Origin: Lepidodermella squamata
Taxonomy: Eukaryota > Animalia > Gastrotricha
Length of the DNA stretch: 64,000 nucleotides
Direction: 5' to 3'
Assembly (NCBI GenBank): GCA_047495785.1
Contig: JBLDXI010000013.1
Location: 992,001-1,056,000, forward strand
Shown here piece by piece: positions 26,079-39,200 of the stretch. Every line of letters starts with the position of its first letter. The stretch's first letter is position 1. The translations under genes and the position numbers were made by a program. The notes under the pieces are model-generated. The model was given only the letters and a program-made list of their open reading frames with translations, did no database searches and had not been told where the DNA came from.

Positions 26079-26640
26079 ATGGCCATTCAACTTCTTGCTA
26101 CGATTTTTATCGCCCTTACGGCACTCACCGTGCAAACTGGTAGGAGCCTTACTTGCTTTTCTGGCCTTGATTATCATTTTCATTTTAAATTCAGTTGCTC
26201 TCAACTGTTATCAGTGCTATGGCGTTCAGTCTTCGTGCCAGTTCCAGCAACCTAAATGGTGCAACTCAGGAATTTACTGCAAACTGGTCTACGACCACAC
26301 AACTGGCTACGTGCAACAGACATGCGCTACCGAGTACGACTGCCCCGGCTCACCTGTCACCGACATTCGCCAACAAACCGGATCTAACAACTTGAACAAT
26401 TTCCAAACCACAATTGTTGACTGGTAAGCCATTGTTTGATTTATTGAAAGTTATTCATCTCAAATTTCAAAAAATTAAAAATTGTTCATCCTTTTTTCTT
26501 TCTTTTACAGCTGCAACTACGATAACTGCAACTGCTTGGGCACTCAATGTCAAATGTACGGGACGGCTAATAAACGCAGCCAACCTCGCTGGGCTATCTA
26601 CTTGCTATGCGCCGCCGTCGCATTCGTGCTTTTCCACTGA
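26079..26640 (+). CDS. Ly6/uPAR three-finger protein H, predicted GPI-anchored (3 exons)
   Basis: MAIQLLATIFIALTALTVQT|VALNCYQCYGVQSSC...IYCKLVYDHTTGYVQQTCATEYDC...VD|CCNYDNCNCLGTQCQMYGTANKRSQPRWAIYLLCAAVAFVLFH* (last intron splits the first Cys codon of CC). Confidence 0.9.
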
Positions 26641-26847
26641 ACAGAAATCACATATCATTTTATCTCTAAATCTACCCGGTTTTATCTTTCTTAATGATAC
26701 TTATTACTTCATGACATGAGGCAACTCTATTTCCGATAAAGAACATTTAATAAATACACTATCGACTTGATGATTCCGCAATATTTTATTCGATCAGAAA
26801 ACGTAAAACTATAACAACAAAGCAAAGAATGCACTTGTTTCAAAGCA

Positions 26848-28887
26848 TCACTCGAGCAGCTGGTAGGCGCGGGAGTTCAACGGGCCAGTCAGTGGCGAAT
26901 CGAAGCAGGCTGTCAGCACAGAGGTAGGTAACGGTAGTGGCGAAGCAGCCATATAGTTGTAGGAACTATCGCCAGCAGCTGTTTCATCGCCACCTTGTCC
27001 AGATCCGCCAACAAGGCCGCTGATTGGGTCGGCAAAGCAAACTAGATTTGCATCGTATTGATGGTGGTGGTGATGACGATCGCCGGTCGGCGGTAGGGCT
27101 TCGTAACTAGCATCGGGTGCCGAAAAGGCAGACAGATCTACCAATGAGCCGCAGGTGAAAAAATTGCCATCAGCTGGGATAATGCCAGAACCGTAGGGGT
27201 CATCAAGATCTGAACCGTTTGCGCCTGTTACTTGAGGGAACTCCATGCCAGGTAACGGGGAAATGAACTGGTTTGAGCAAGTCACGTCGCAGGATGGAAT
27301 GAACGACTGTTCCGCTGAATCCATGTAACTTCGATGCTGACCCGCCTTCCTTTGCCTTGAACTTGACCGATGAAGTCCGATTTCAATATTGCTAGCAACA
27401 TCATGGTCCTAGTGAGCAAACAGCTTAAAGAAAATTAATCTGAGAGCCAAGAAAATTACATTTATCAGGCTGGTATTTCGCAAGATAGTAGGTATCAACT
27501 GTCGATGAAGCCGACGGAGGTGCCGAACTAGACGAATTCGAAGCGGGTAATTTCTCCCTAGACCTGGCTGACAGAACGGGCACTCGAAGCACGGCAGGTC
27601 TTCTTTCATACTCGGATGGTCCAAAGATATATGGAGCTTTAGTAAAATAAAATAAGGCTTAGAGGATAATTAAACGCTATGAGCAGTACTTACTTTCATT
27701 TCAAGTTGCGACGGCAAAGCAAGCGAGCAAAAAGAGCAGAAGTATTGCTGATTTGTTGTTGATAACGATTCTTCCTGAGTAAATTGTTGATTGAGATCTG
27801 CCATAGGAATAACAGGTATTATTTGATTTGGATGCCGCCCTTGAGCGTGAATCAGCAAATCACTGTGATTTCTGAAGCCGACCCGACATAAATCACATCG
27901 GAATGGAAATTTGCTGTATGTTTCATCTGGCTTTGGTTCCAACGTAGCAACAATGCATTTGGGTCCAGGGCGTTTTTTCGTCGAGGTAACAGCTGTGCTG
28001 ACGCTAGCGAGCGCTTTTTTCGGATTAGATTCGGTTTTGGGTCCACTGCAAATTTCCTCGTGATCCTTAAGCTTATCCTTTCGCCGAAAAGCCTTTCCAC
28101 AGCGTGAACAATGACCAGCTGGGACATCTGAATGAGCACTTGCAGCATGCTTCCTCAGCCTCTCCATTCGAAGGAACTTCTTACCGCAGTCCGGACATGT
28201 GACATTCATGTCCACATGCGTTTGCCACACATGTCTTCTGGCTTTAGCGTAGGTATCAAATGATTTCAAACAGTGCGTGCACTGGAATTTTCCATCTTCA
28301 ATTCGATGGTTCGCATCGCCATGATCATTCAAGTCGGTGTAAGTTTTAGCCGAAAATTCGCACAAGTGGCATTTGAACCAGCTAGCTCTATCTATATCTG
28401 AGTGCGTTTTACGATGAATAGCCAACGCGGCGGGAGAAAGCGCGTAAAAATCACATATTGTGCACTTGTAAATAGGTTTATTGCCCAATGATTCACCGAC
28501 ATTGCCGCTTGGCTGTGAACTGATTGCATTTTCCTCTTCCATCTCAGTGTTGTCATCCATAACATCCATAGCAGCTGCAGATTCAGATATCCTCCCACAC
28601 CCATCGATATATCCTTCAACTCGACTGGTGTTCGTTCTCGAACTTGGGCCAGAAGCTACATGCTTAGTGATCATATGTATCTTGAGCTCCTTCGAATTGA
28701 AAACTTCGTTGCAATGAAAACATTGAATGGTAGGAGAGTCGGAAATTGATGAAGAGAAATCCGCCTCAGTGGATATCAATTCTACATCTCCATGAAAGGA
28801 TGTTGAAGCCATAAGCGTCTCGTTTGGCTCGTTGTTACGATCGACCAAGTTGCTAACACAATACTTGACGTTTCCGATATGTGGCAT
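26848..28887 (-). CDS. Multi-C2H2 zinc-finger protein (~9 fingers), 3 exons
   Basis: Repeated CxxC...HxxxH fingers (CTICDFY...HRKTH; CPDCGKKFLRMERLRKHAASAH; CSRCGKAF) and an acidic, Pro-rich C-terminus. Start codon uncertain (28887 or 28812). Confidence 0.85.
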
Positions 28888-28982
28888 CCAGATCGACCAC
28901 GATTGCAAAAAATGTCAAGAAAATATCATTTCTAAAGCAGATTAATTTTTGAACATTAGCAAGACGAAAATTGAATTCAAAA

Positions 28983-29700
28983 CTAGAAAGAAGATATCAA
29001 CGGTGAGCCGACTTCCGGGCCTTCCGGGCCTACGGCCCATAAAGATTCCAAGTCATAAAACTCCCTCGTTTCAGGATTCATTATATGAACGACAATCTGT
29101 CCCAAATCAAGAGCTTCCCATTTGCCTTTGCCACCAGTTTTCAATCCGTCTAAATTTGCGTTTTGTTGTTGGCTTGCAATTTTCTTCTTAAACTAAATGA
29201 CAATATCAATTGTAGCTATACATGCTGCAACCAAGAATTTTATATACCAAATATCTCACTGATTCGGCTATTTTGATATTGTGACGGCTCGATAACCCAG
29301 AACAAATCACGATGTAATCTACGTAACGTAGTTCTGGACTGACCTTTCAGATATAACCATATAAGTTTCGATGTAAAGTTTTGCGATTAACCGAAGTAGG
29401 TACCTTACAAACAAAGATGTCTCGTGCATTTTGCAGCTTCAAAAATTCGACGAAGTCATCGATACCCAGAGATTCTAACAAGCACTTGAAAATGAGCGAT
29501 GGAGAACACACCGTAATCTTACTTGAGAGAAATTCTGCAGATATGTCGAATTTCGCCACTCTTGGCTTCGCAGTAGGACGGAAGTCAACATAATCTTCAA
29601 CGATCATGCCCTTATCGTCAGAGCTCAAACTTCGAGAACCAGCAGCACGCATCATACATCCAATTTTTCCAAGACATTTCCGTGTATACCAAGATAGCAT
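28983..29700 (-). CDS. MALSU1: Mitochondrial assembly of ribosomal large subunit protein 1 (RsfS/Iojap family)
   Basis: Spliced: [20 protein letters not shown]|[21 protein letters not shown]...[32 protein letters not shown], matching MALSU1 motifs, with a basic N-terminal targeting-like peptide. Confidence 0.92.
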
Positions 29701-30348
29701 GGTTACACCGTAAATCGGGCCAATTTTCCGCAGCCGGTAGCCTAAATGGAAATATTCTTTCAAGTCTGTAATTCCTAACCACCCATTCACGTGACAAATC
29801 AGGTAAGTAATATCAACTCTATGCCCGATAAGGAAACCTCAATTCTCAGGAGCAAAGAGCAAAGAGTAGCTATCAGGTATAGGAGCACATTCGGCCATAT
29901 GGCACATTTAAGAAGAGAATGAGCTGTCGGCTGTCGCTAATGGGTCTTGGCTTGCGGCCAAGCACGTGAGCACGCGTGATGTGTGGGAAAATGGCTGATA
30001 GGAAGTGGGAGTCATGTCCTGAGTTTCTTTGGGCTTCATTCCTGATTCATCAACCATCAACTGTCAGTGAGCATGGCGCCTAGGAGCCGTCCGATTGCTT
30101 GCGTAGAAAGCAGTGCGCCTAGAAAGTAGAAAGCAGCCGCATTCCGTATTCCGTATTCCACGTGCAGGGCTGCCTGGCGGAGCAGATGGGCGGTTGCCAG
30201 CTCACTGTACGTCGTGAGCGTCCCCTCAAAACTAAGCGCTAAGCTACCCTTGAAGACAGCGTGGTTTTACTTTTCCAACTTACATGTTGTTGAAATTATA
30301 AAGCAAGTAATGTTTAATTTGTTAAAGCATTTTTTATCATAAATACTG

Positions 30349-30891
30349 GTGAAAAATGCGCGCGTCATTTTTTCGTATTTTGGTGACGGCGGGCTTACTC
30401 TGCTTAACCCTATTCATGCAGCCCGAGATTTTCTTGTTTCTTACAATATAACACCTGACTTTTGGCTATTACGAGATCCAACCTTCATGAACCAGATTTT
30501 TAAGCTGGTCAAAGACGTTTACACCACAGAACTTTCAGTGAAGTTTCACCTTAAATACGATAATACATATCTATTAGCTAAAAAAGGATACTTCGGTATT
30601 AGCAATAATTTCGAAAACTACCCGCCAGATTTACGTGCGACTGCTTTTCAAATTATCACTAACACTACTTTCCGTCGTCTAGAGCACATTATTTTTAGAA
30701 TCACCAATGTTAAGTGCATGTATTGTGGCGATGATACACCTCTTAGACTGCTAGCATATCATCTATCATACGAATGTGCGTCCTTAGTTAGTCATGATCC
30801 TGAAAGATTGCTCAGTTCCGACAATAGCATAGTCAAAAACACCTTGATTTTCTTTAAGCGCCTACTCAAGGCATTTAATTTGGCCATATAA
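30349..30891 (+). mobile_element. 3' fragment of non-LTR retrotransposon ORF2 (L1/Tx1-like)
   Basis: GDGGLTLLN (GGLGL-like motif) and C-terminal CCHC knuckle CMYC-x11-H-x4-C (CMYCGDDTPLRLLAYHLSYEC). No ATG start, no introns. Confidence 0.7.
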
Positions 30892-31149
30892 ACTGATGTC
30901 TGAGGATTGGCAAATTACCTCTGACAATAGGGCCATATTCTGCCCAATGATATAATTTGCTTCCTAGGGAACCTGAGGTTCCCTAGGTATGAGGGCAGGC
31001 AGGCAGGCTTACTCTGCGCTGAATTGAGCTAAATTGAGCCGCATTGGTTTTCTGCTTGGGGCTGCAGTCATAATTCTATAACATATGAATCAAATTCTAT
31101 AATATATATAAAAATCAATCATATATCTGTGCTTTATTTGCTTCTTTGT

Positions 31150-32200
31150 CTTCGATACCCTGTGATCAAATTGTAGATTCTGAGAATCACAATAAAATTT
31201 CTGTATCTGTATCTGGCTTACTCTGCGCTGATGCTCTCCGCCGCACAGCTTTGCGATGCAACTCATACCGAGAGACGAGAGCTTCTAACGTTCCAGCAGA
31301 TTTAAGTCTGGGGCAGACTAGCAAGTTGGCGAAAATGCACGCTATTAACGGTTTCACGCAGCCATCCGTCTCGTCATACCAGAAGTTCCCGTCGTTTGAG
31401 AGCACGATCGAGGGCCGCAATTTCAAAGCCGTTTTTTTACAGTTCTTGAATTGTTCATTCATGTCCATTGAGTCTTTTAATTTTGCGAATCCCAGATCCT
31501 TCCCGGCGTATTCGTTGATTGCTTTTGAGAAGATAGTCTTCGCAGTCTTTCAACTTCTAACTCTTTAATTGGATTTCGACCATTGATCTCCCGCAATACT
31601 CGGTGTTGGCGGTTGCAGGGCTTAGCTTTGTTGAAATGGATCAGCTTCTCGATCGCTTTTTTGACCTGGCCGCTCATCGATTCTTCAGCTTTAAACTCAG
31701 CCCTCAGCCTAGGCCCAATCCGCCGTCATTTGTACCGTTTTGAAGCCCAGTGACAATCAGACTGCAGGACGCAAGTTGTTCAGAAAGGTCGCATCACGCT
31801 AGAGCTTTAGTTTCAATTTATCCAGTTTCACAACTGTGTTTAAACTGTGAGTATGTAGTCAATCCAAGTTTTTGTCGGGACGAGTTGGTTCTTTTTCGTG
31901 TTAGTTCCTACTGTGGACATTCTTATCACTGAACATTTTGCAAGGAGTCAATTCAGCGACAATTCCTAACTGAATCTGCTGAAATTGCTCAAACGTATTA
32001 GTAGAATCTTGCTTGCTAATTTTGATAGCTTTGACTTGCAATTTTGCGGGCGAATTTGAACCTCGCGAGAATTTCCTCATTAGAAAATGTCCCTCTCTTG
32101 TGGCGAGAAATTTCGTCGTTAAAATGCTATACTTCGTACAACTGCGTTCATCGGCCATCTCATTTATGTTTGAGAGAGCCCGAAGTGAGAAGATAAAATC
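31150..32200 (-). pseudogene. Degenerate, stop-interrupted coding-like sequence of unknown (probably TE) origin
   Basis: Several colinear minus-strand ORF fragments (31187-31468, 31477-31677, 31901-32158) with no splice signals joining them. No recognisable motif. Confidence 0.25.
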
Positions 32201-32588
32201 CGTTCAAAGCACATTGGAGCCATAGATGACGATTTGCTGGGTTAGCCAGCGATTTATGTTTGTAATTCGCTGCCTGTAAATACTGGTAGTAGGTACTCTC
32301 CTGTAAGTAGTGGTATATACCCGGTGATTTTCCGTTTTTGACGGCTTTTGTAATCGCAAAAATTTCAAATATTCTCCCCTAATTTCACGCCCTTCTGAAT
32401 CAAGATTATCTTCTCTGGCTCTGGGTATTGTTTTCCCCGTGATAAGAAGTGTGAACTATCATTTCTGAGATATACGAAGAATCGACGCCTACTGAAAATG
32501 TCAGTACCACTTATGGGCAAATTTTTCTCACTGAAAATATCGATTATTATTACTGTTTACCCTAGCCCTAACGTCATTCAAGTTTAAA

Positions 32589-33418
32589 ATGTCTTCGAAA
32601 CGATTTGTTGCTTTGCTCATTGGGGCCCCTGGTTCTGGGAAAGGAACTGTCGCTGATAGGTAATTTTTATTGAATATAATATATTTTCTCAACTTATATT
32701 TTATTTCGAAGAATTCTGAAAAACTTCAAATTGCGTCATTTGGCTGCAGGCGATCTGTTGCGTAGCCATGTCCGGACTGGCACGGGTTGGATTCAAGAAT
32801 ATTTTAAGCATTTCTATTTGCGTTTAAATTTTTGCAGATTTGGGCAAAGAAATTGGAGAGAAATTGAAAACTGGCGAGTTGCTCCCTGATTCATTGATTA
32901 CGCGAGTAATGCTGCATGAGCTGAAGTCTAATAACGAGCCGTGCTTACTGGATGGTACATTGGTCTATAGAATTTTCCTAATATTGGTTTAATATTTTAA
33001 TTTAGGCTTTCCTCGCACCATGCCCCAAGCTCAAGCTTTGGAGGAATACACCGGACTAAATACTGTGATGTATTTGAATATTCCATTCCCGATCATTGTA
33101 GACCGTCTTAAAAGCCGCTGGACGCATTTGCCCAGTGGCCGCGTTTACAACATCAGCTTCAACCCACCCAAGGTTGCGGGTAAAGATGACGTGACCGGCG
33201 AACCTTTGGTTCAACGCGACGATGACAAGCCTGAAACCGTCACGCGTCGCCTGGACGTTTTCAAGAACCAAACTTCACCACTTCTGGACTTTTACCGCAC
33301 CCGCAACGTCCTTTCCGAGTTTGCGGGCGAGACTACCAACGAAATTTGGCCTCATGTCTTGAAACACTTGAAGCAAAAGGTTCCGAAATCCATCCACATC
33401 GCTCACAGCCAGAATTGA
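32589..33418 (+). CDS. AK3: Mitochondrial GTP:AMP phosphotransferase (adenylate kinase 3/4 type), 4 exons
   Basis: MSSKRFVALLIGAPGSGKGT, GDLLR, LLD|GFPRT, and LID region RWTHLPSGRVYNISFNPPKVAGKDDVTGEPLVQRDDDKPETV typical of AK3. Confidence 0.93.
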
Positions 33419-33602
33419 GCAAAAGTTATAACTGGACTGACGATTGAAGAGTTTGTTGAAGCTTAATTTTTCGTTTGCCTCACTGACTTATCGTAAGAAA
33501 ACATTCCACGTAATTGGTGATAAGCTCTCCTCCTGATTCCCCCTCGTGAATTGACTGAATAAATTGCTATTTGGTTCTAGATTTTTACTTAATAATCAAA
33601 AG

Positions 33603-35505
33603 ATGGACGTTGCCGAGCTTATGAAATTCAAGCCGAACCTTGTTGGTTCAGAGTCGACCAAAGAAAAGACAAAACAACCAAATGTGTCATCTCATCAGTC
33701 ACAGCCTCCGGCTTCAGCTCTTAGCTCGAAAAAGAGACACTCAAGGTTCGAAGAAGCTGATGATTTACCAACCGTTAAGTCTTCAAAAGACGCCGGTCCG
33801 TCAACTTCCTCCGGCAAAACTGAAGATCGCGATCGTTTATTGCGGCTGGTCGATGAGCTTCCCGATGCTGAACCTTTTGACGCTGTCGCCTTGAAGAAAT
33901 TAGTCCTTAAATTCGAAAAAATTGTTACGAAGAATCGCGAAATGCGTATCAAGCATCCGGAAGAGCCCCAAAAGTTTCTTGATTCTGAGATCGAGCTCAA
34001 TGATGTCATTCACGAGATGCATATAATTGCCACTGCTCCTGAACTATTCCCCATCATAATCGAACTAAACCTTGTTACATCAATCCTTCAACTTCTTTCG
34101 CATGAAAATGCTGATATTGCGATCGCAGCAGTTGATCTGCTGCAAGAACTGACCGACGTCGAGTCTTCCGATGAAGATGTTATCGAAATTCTGGAACGCT
34201 TCGTCAACGTTCTAACCGAACAGCAGCTTGTTGCACGTCTAGTTCAAAATGCAGACAGGCTGGACGAAACCGTTAAGGAGGAGGCTGAGTGTGTCCACAA
34301 TTCGATGGCAATCATCGAAAACTTGGTTGAAATGAAGCCGGAACTCGCGACTGATATTGCGAAGCAAGGTGTGATGGCCTGGTTGTTGAAGCGACTTCGA
34401 GTTAAGATGCCTTTTGACGCCAACAAATTGTACGCTAGTGAAATTCTTTCAATCCTCATGCATAACAATGACGAAACTCGTGAGTTGCTGGGTTCTCTTG
34501 ATGGTGTCGACATATTGCTACAACAACTGGCGGCCTATAAACGACACGACCCGACCTCAGCTGACGAAACTGAATTTATGGAGAACTTATTCAGCGCGCT
34601 GTGCTCGTGTTTGATGCTCAAGTCCAACAAGGACAGATTCCTTGCTGGCGAAGGATTACAGCTGATGAATTTGATGCTCCGCGAGAAGAAAATGTCGCGC
34701 ATCAGTGCGATCAAAGTTCTCGACTATTCAATGACTGGCCCGGATGGTGCTGATAATTGCAACAAATTCGTCGATATTCTCGGACTGCGAAGTATTTTCC
34801 CATTGCTGATGAAGCCTCCGAAGGCCCCGAAGAAGAAGGAAGCTGAGAGCACGACTGACGAAACCGAAGAACACATCTGCTCGATTTCGGCTGCCCTTCT
34901 TCGAAACACGACTGGAGCCGAACAGCGTGCTCGGTTGATGAATAAATTCGTGGAAAATAACCATGAGAAAGTGGAGCGTTTGCTCGAACTACACTTCAAA
35001 TATTCAGATAAACTGAAGGCAGCTGATGACCTTATTAACAAGGAAAAAGCGGTTCGTCAGAAATTTTTGATTAATTCTCTCTTTTGCATAATTTTTCTAC
35101 AGCTCTTGAAGAAACGCGGTGAACAAGTCGATGACGACCTTGAAGACGAATTCTACATGAGGCGATTAGATTCTGGCCTTTTCACTCTGCAATTAGTCGA
35201 TTACATGATCTGCGAAATTTGCGTCAGTGGCGAAGATTCGGTAAGCTCAACACTGAATTTGATTCGTCGTTTTGCAATTTTTTTGTGTCAGATTCGCCAA
35301 CGTGTTCTGGAAATGCTTAACGTTCGAGGTGATTCGGTTGACAGCATAAAACGAATTATGAAGGGTAACTTTCGTTGGTGAATACTTTTCTTTAGCTGAC
35401 CTCTCTATTATTCTAGAATATGCCTCAACTGTTGGTGATAATCTCGATCCAGAGCAGCGACGCGTTGAGCAAGACAGACTTCTGAATTTAATGAACAAGC
35501 TGTGA
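33603..35505 (+). CDS. CTNNBL1: Beta-catenin-like protein 1 (PRP19 complex)
   Basis: MDVAELMKFKP, LLSHENADIAIAAVDLLQELTD, FDANKLYASEILSIL, FLAGEGLQLMNLMLREKK, EFYMRRLDSGLFTLQLVDY; three short 3' introns. Confidence 0.96.
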
Positions 35506-35654
35506 AAAATGCACAATCCTCGCTGAAAATTGCTGCCTTTCTTTTATCATGTTTATTTGATATGAAACATTTTCTGACACAGTTAAATCACGATTTTTCA
35601 TATCGAATAGGTTCAGATATTATATAGTATTTGTTTTATTTCAACTTTTGTTCG

Positions 35655-36251
35655 ATGAGTGGCCGTTTCAGGCCCGCGGCCGTCTGGGATCCTGTCCTCA
35701 TCATCTCAAATATCGTGTGCATTCAATGCTCGTATTACGCCTCTTTTGGATTTCAAATCCTTGCAGTTTCTATGTTTTTGAGCGGAGGCGTGCGCCACCC
35801 ACCACTCGAGTCAATTTTTGACTACAAAGTACGTTTGCTTGCTAGCCAAACCACGAGCGACTAATTACCTTTATGCCATCAAATTAGTCGCTTCAAATTT
35901 CTGATTCAAATGGTCGCCTTCTGATATACGCGTGGATCGTGAATTCCTTTTTTGTGTAAGTTCATGTGTTTTTTGTTAACGAAATTGACCTAATTTGCCT
36001 GACATAGTGCGTTGGTGGTATGGAAGTTGGTTGGCAGGTCAAGATTGTGCCTTGACTTCTGCGCAACGGTGCTACTCTATCACGTTTTATCCACATGGAT
36101 CTTCAGCGGCGCTTTCCCGACCGTTTTCGTCTTCTGGCTAACACATATAGTGGCGCTCATAATTTCCACTGTGCTCGCCGAGTATCTTTGCATACGAACG
36201 GAAATGGCGGCAATCACACTAGCAGTCACCGGTTCAAAATCAGATGTCTGA
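35655..36251 (+). CDS. SYS1: Golgi membrane protein SYS1, 3 exons
   Basis: MSGRFRPAAVWDPVLIISNIVCIQ...IFDYK|...VGRSRLCLDFCATV...LAEYLCIRTEMAAI. Confidence 0.92.
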
Positions 36252-36299
36252 ACCAATTTTGTCCTTATCTCACTGAGAAAATTTATTGTTAATTTATAA

Positions 36300-39200
36300 C
36301 GTTTTCATTGTCGTTTTGGCGGCAAGGAAGGGAAAACCAATGCCGTGCAGATTTGAATAAAAAAACTGGGTAATATGCTTGCGTCTTATCTGACAAGAGT
36401 GTTATTTTTCGTTAGTATATGAAATTTATAACTCGTAGCGTGATGGTCGCTAGAAAACACATTGCGTCGCGATTCCGCCCAGAAGAGATCGTTCGGCCGT
36501 GAACACGAACAACGAATCTATTCGAGTTGCCGTACGAACCAGCTCAATAAGTTGCAAATTTCGTTATCACCGTCGCACGGTGTTTTTTCGTCTATGATTT
36601 TGTTATTCCATCACTCGTCACCCGTTCTCGCGTCGAGATAACAAAAAGACACTAGGGCCCGTTGTGCGGCAAACTGCATTATTCATAACGTCGAAAGCGC
36701 GCCTATAGGGTGCGCGCTTCGGATGCGACGGTGCGTCGCATTATAGCATCACAGAGAAGCGCGCGAGGCATGTGTTTTTGTAGGCCATAACAACACGAGA
36801 AGAAGTTTTTAGAAACACTAGCTGCCGATACATTAATATTGTATTATATTTGTTCAATGCAGAGTGTGTTCTTTCTTTTATTTATGTGATGATAATTCTA
36901 TACTTCCTCCTCTGCTGCCATCTTGGTTGCCGGCGATCGGCAGAGCCTTGCCAAGTATAGCCTAATACGCGGCTTCACGTGTAACTTGCCGCAATTGCAA
37001 TATACATGACAGTTTTTGTTGGCTCCCTGCATAAAAACGCAGCAAATGAGACCATGCACTGATATGCGCAAATAATGATAATAATAATAATGACAAATCA
37101 TGATGTAGCAAAATATTTGATAGCTTCTCTCTGCCTCAAAATATCGGGCAGGGTGAACGGAAATGAGAGCTAATAGATATTTCGGCAATTTTCATGTATT
37201 TTACACGACTGAATGGCGAATAGTTTGCATATCATCGTTATTATTATGATTACATACTATCATCATCATCATCATCATCGTCGCCGTCGTCATTGCCGTA
37301 GACTTCTGCATTTTGACTGGCATCTCAAATCTATTGATAGAGAAACCTCCTTGTATCATCAGATCGCACGCAGTGTAGTATCAAGGATGGCCATTTACGT
37401 TTTTGGCATTGCATTTGTCGTCGCCCGATATCACCCACAATCTATTTGCATTTGTTTCTTCAATAACGCGCTTGTTGTAAAATGCGATAGCCAAAATAAT
37501 AATAATAATGACATTTTGTGCAGCGTTTTTGCGTATGGTTTTTCGCCCGTCTTGTCCTCGCTTACGCTATTTTATTCCCTACACATCACAGCCGCATCAT
37601 CATATTCATTCTCCATCATCATCAGTCAAACACATCCTTTTGCATTTGCCCGCAAGACCGTCGATCTATAACAGTCTGATATATAGCATGGAATAAATGC
37701 GAATATTCGTTGCCGATAGTATTATAGCAAGACGTATGCAATTTCATATAGATGTGAAGAGATGTGTTATAATAATGATGGTAGCGCGTAAGTTTGCGTT
37801 TCATTTTCCTTCGCCGTCTCCCTCTTACCGCTCAAACAGTGTGATAGCCGGCGAAATTTTATTACTTGAAAATATAAATGTATTTGATATAATATATAAA
37901 AAGACACGCGGCCGTAAGAACACGGCGTCGGTCACAAAAAATCGATAGCGCCGAATCGATTCGTTTTCCCTTTCGTTATAAACACAGTTTCGGTCGTAAA
38001 TTGCCGTATATTTTCGAGTATTACAATATTTGTTGTCGTCCGTAGTAATAGCATTATTGTGGTTGTATTATTATTAGTGGTCGTATTGGGTTTTCTACAT
38101 TTATTATTTGCCGCTCTTCCTACTTGTTCTCTCAGCTGATTTCGATCGAAGCAATGTATGAATGCGAGCGTGTGTGTCGCATATTGCGCGTGTGTGCATT
38201 CGCCGCATTCAGCGTCACCCCCGTCGCCTGCCTAATATCGATACGCCGTGCGCGCGCACGCGCGTATGCACAGGCCGTGCCGCACCCTCTCTGGCACATT
38301 TAGATTTATCTCCCCGTCCATTTAATATATTTCTTTTATTATTACTGCGAAAGCGGCAGAATCGCGCGCTCTTTCCTCTTCTCTCTCTCTGTGTATTATA
38401 CATTTATATGCTACGCAGCGCTAAATTTTGCTTTGTGCAACTCCCTCCTCTTTCTCATCTTTGTCCCGTGCCTGCCTGTCTGCCTGCTGTTGCGAACGAG
38501 TCGCGGCGATCGATATTTTCGCGTAGATTCGTATGTGAGCGCATACAGCATTTAGGCTGAATGCTGAATACTGAGACGGCGACGAATTTTACGATATTTT
38601 CTGAGCGAATAAAATTAATAATAATGGTAATATTGCGGCAGCTCAAGAACAACAATATGTATGTGTGCATCAATAAGGGCGGCACATTCTTCGATTTTTC
38701 GCCATCATCCTCACCACTCGCCCATCGTCGTCGTCATCGTCGTCGCCGTCGCCGCTGTATGTGTAGTGCTTTAAAATGTATTATAGTAGTAGAGTCGTTT
38801 CGTTTCGTTGTCGCGATATAGCTGTTGCTCGTCTGCTTTCCGCCGCTGTTGCCTGCTGCCTCTGCCTGATTGCCGCCTATGCATGGTGTGTGTGAGCTGC
38901 GCGCATCCTGAAGCATATTATATTGTATTATAATACGAACCGAATGCATCGCTATATTTTACAATATTTTTCTATTTTCAAATAATAGTAATAATAATAG
39001 ATGGGCTCGCTTCGCCATCGCCGCGTTCGATTCGTTGCGATTATAAAACAGCCCATACTAGCTTCCATATTATTGCGCTACACTTTCGCATAGATTGTAG
39101 TGCATAGTGTCTATGGCCGATGTGTTATATACTGATGATTATTACACTATTTTATATATACAAATATGTCGTCATGATCATCGCCATCCTATGATCGCTG

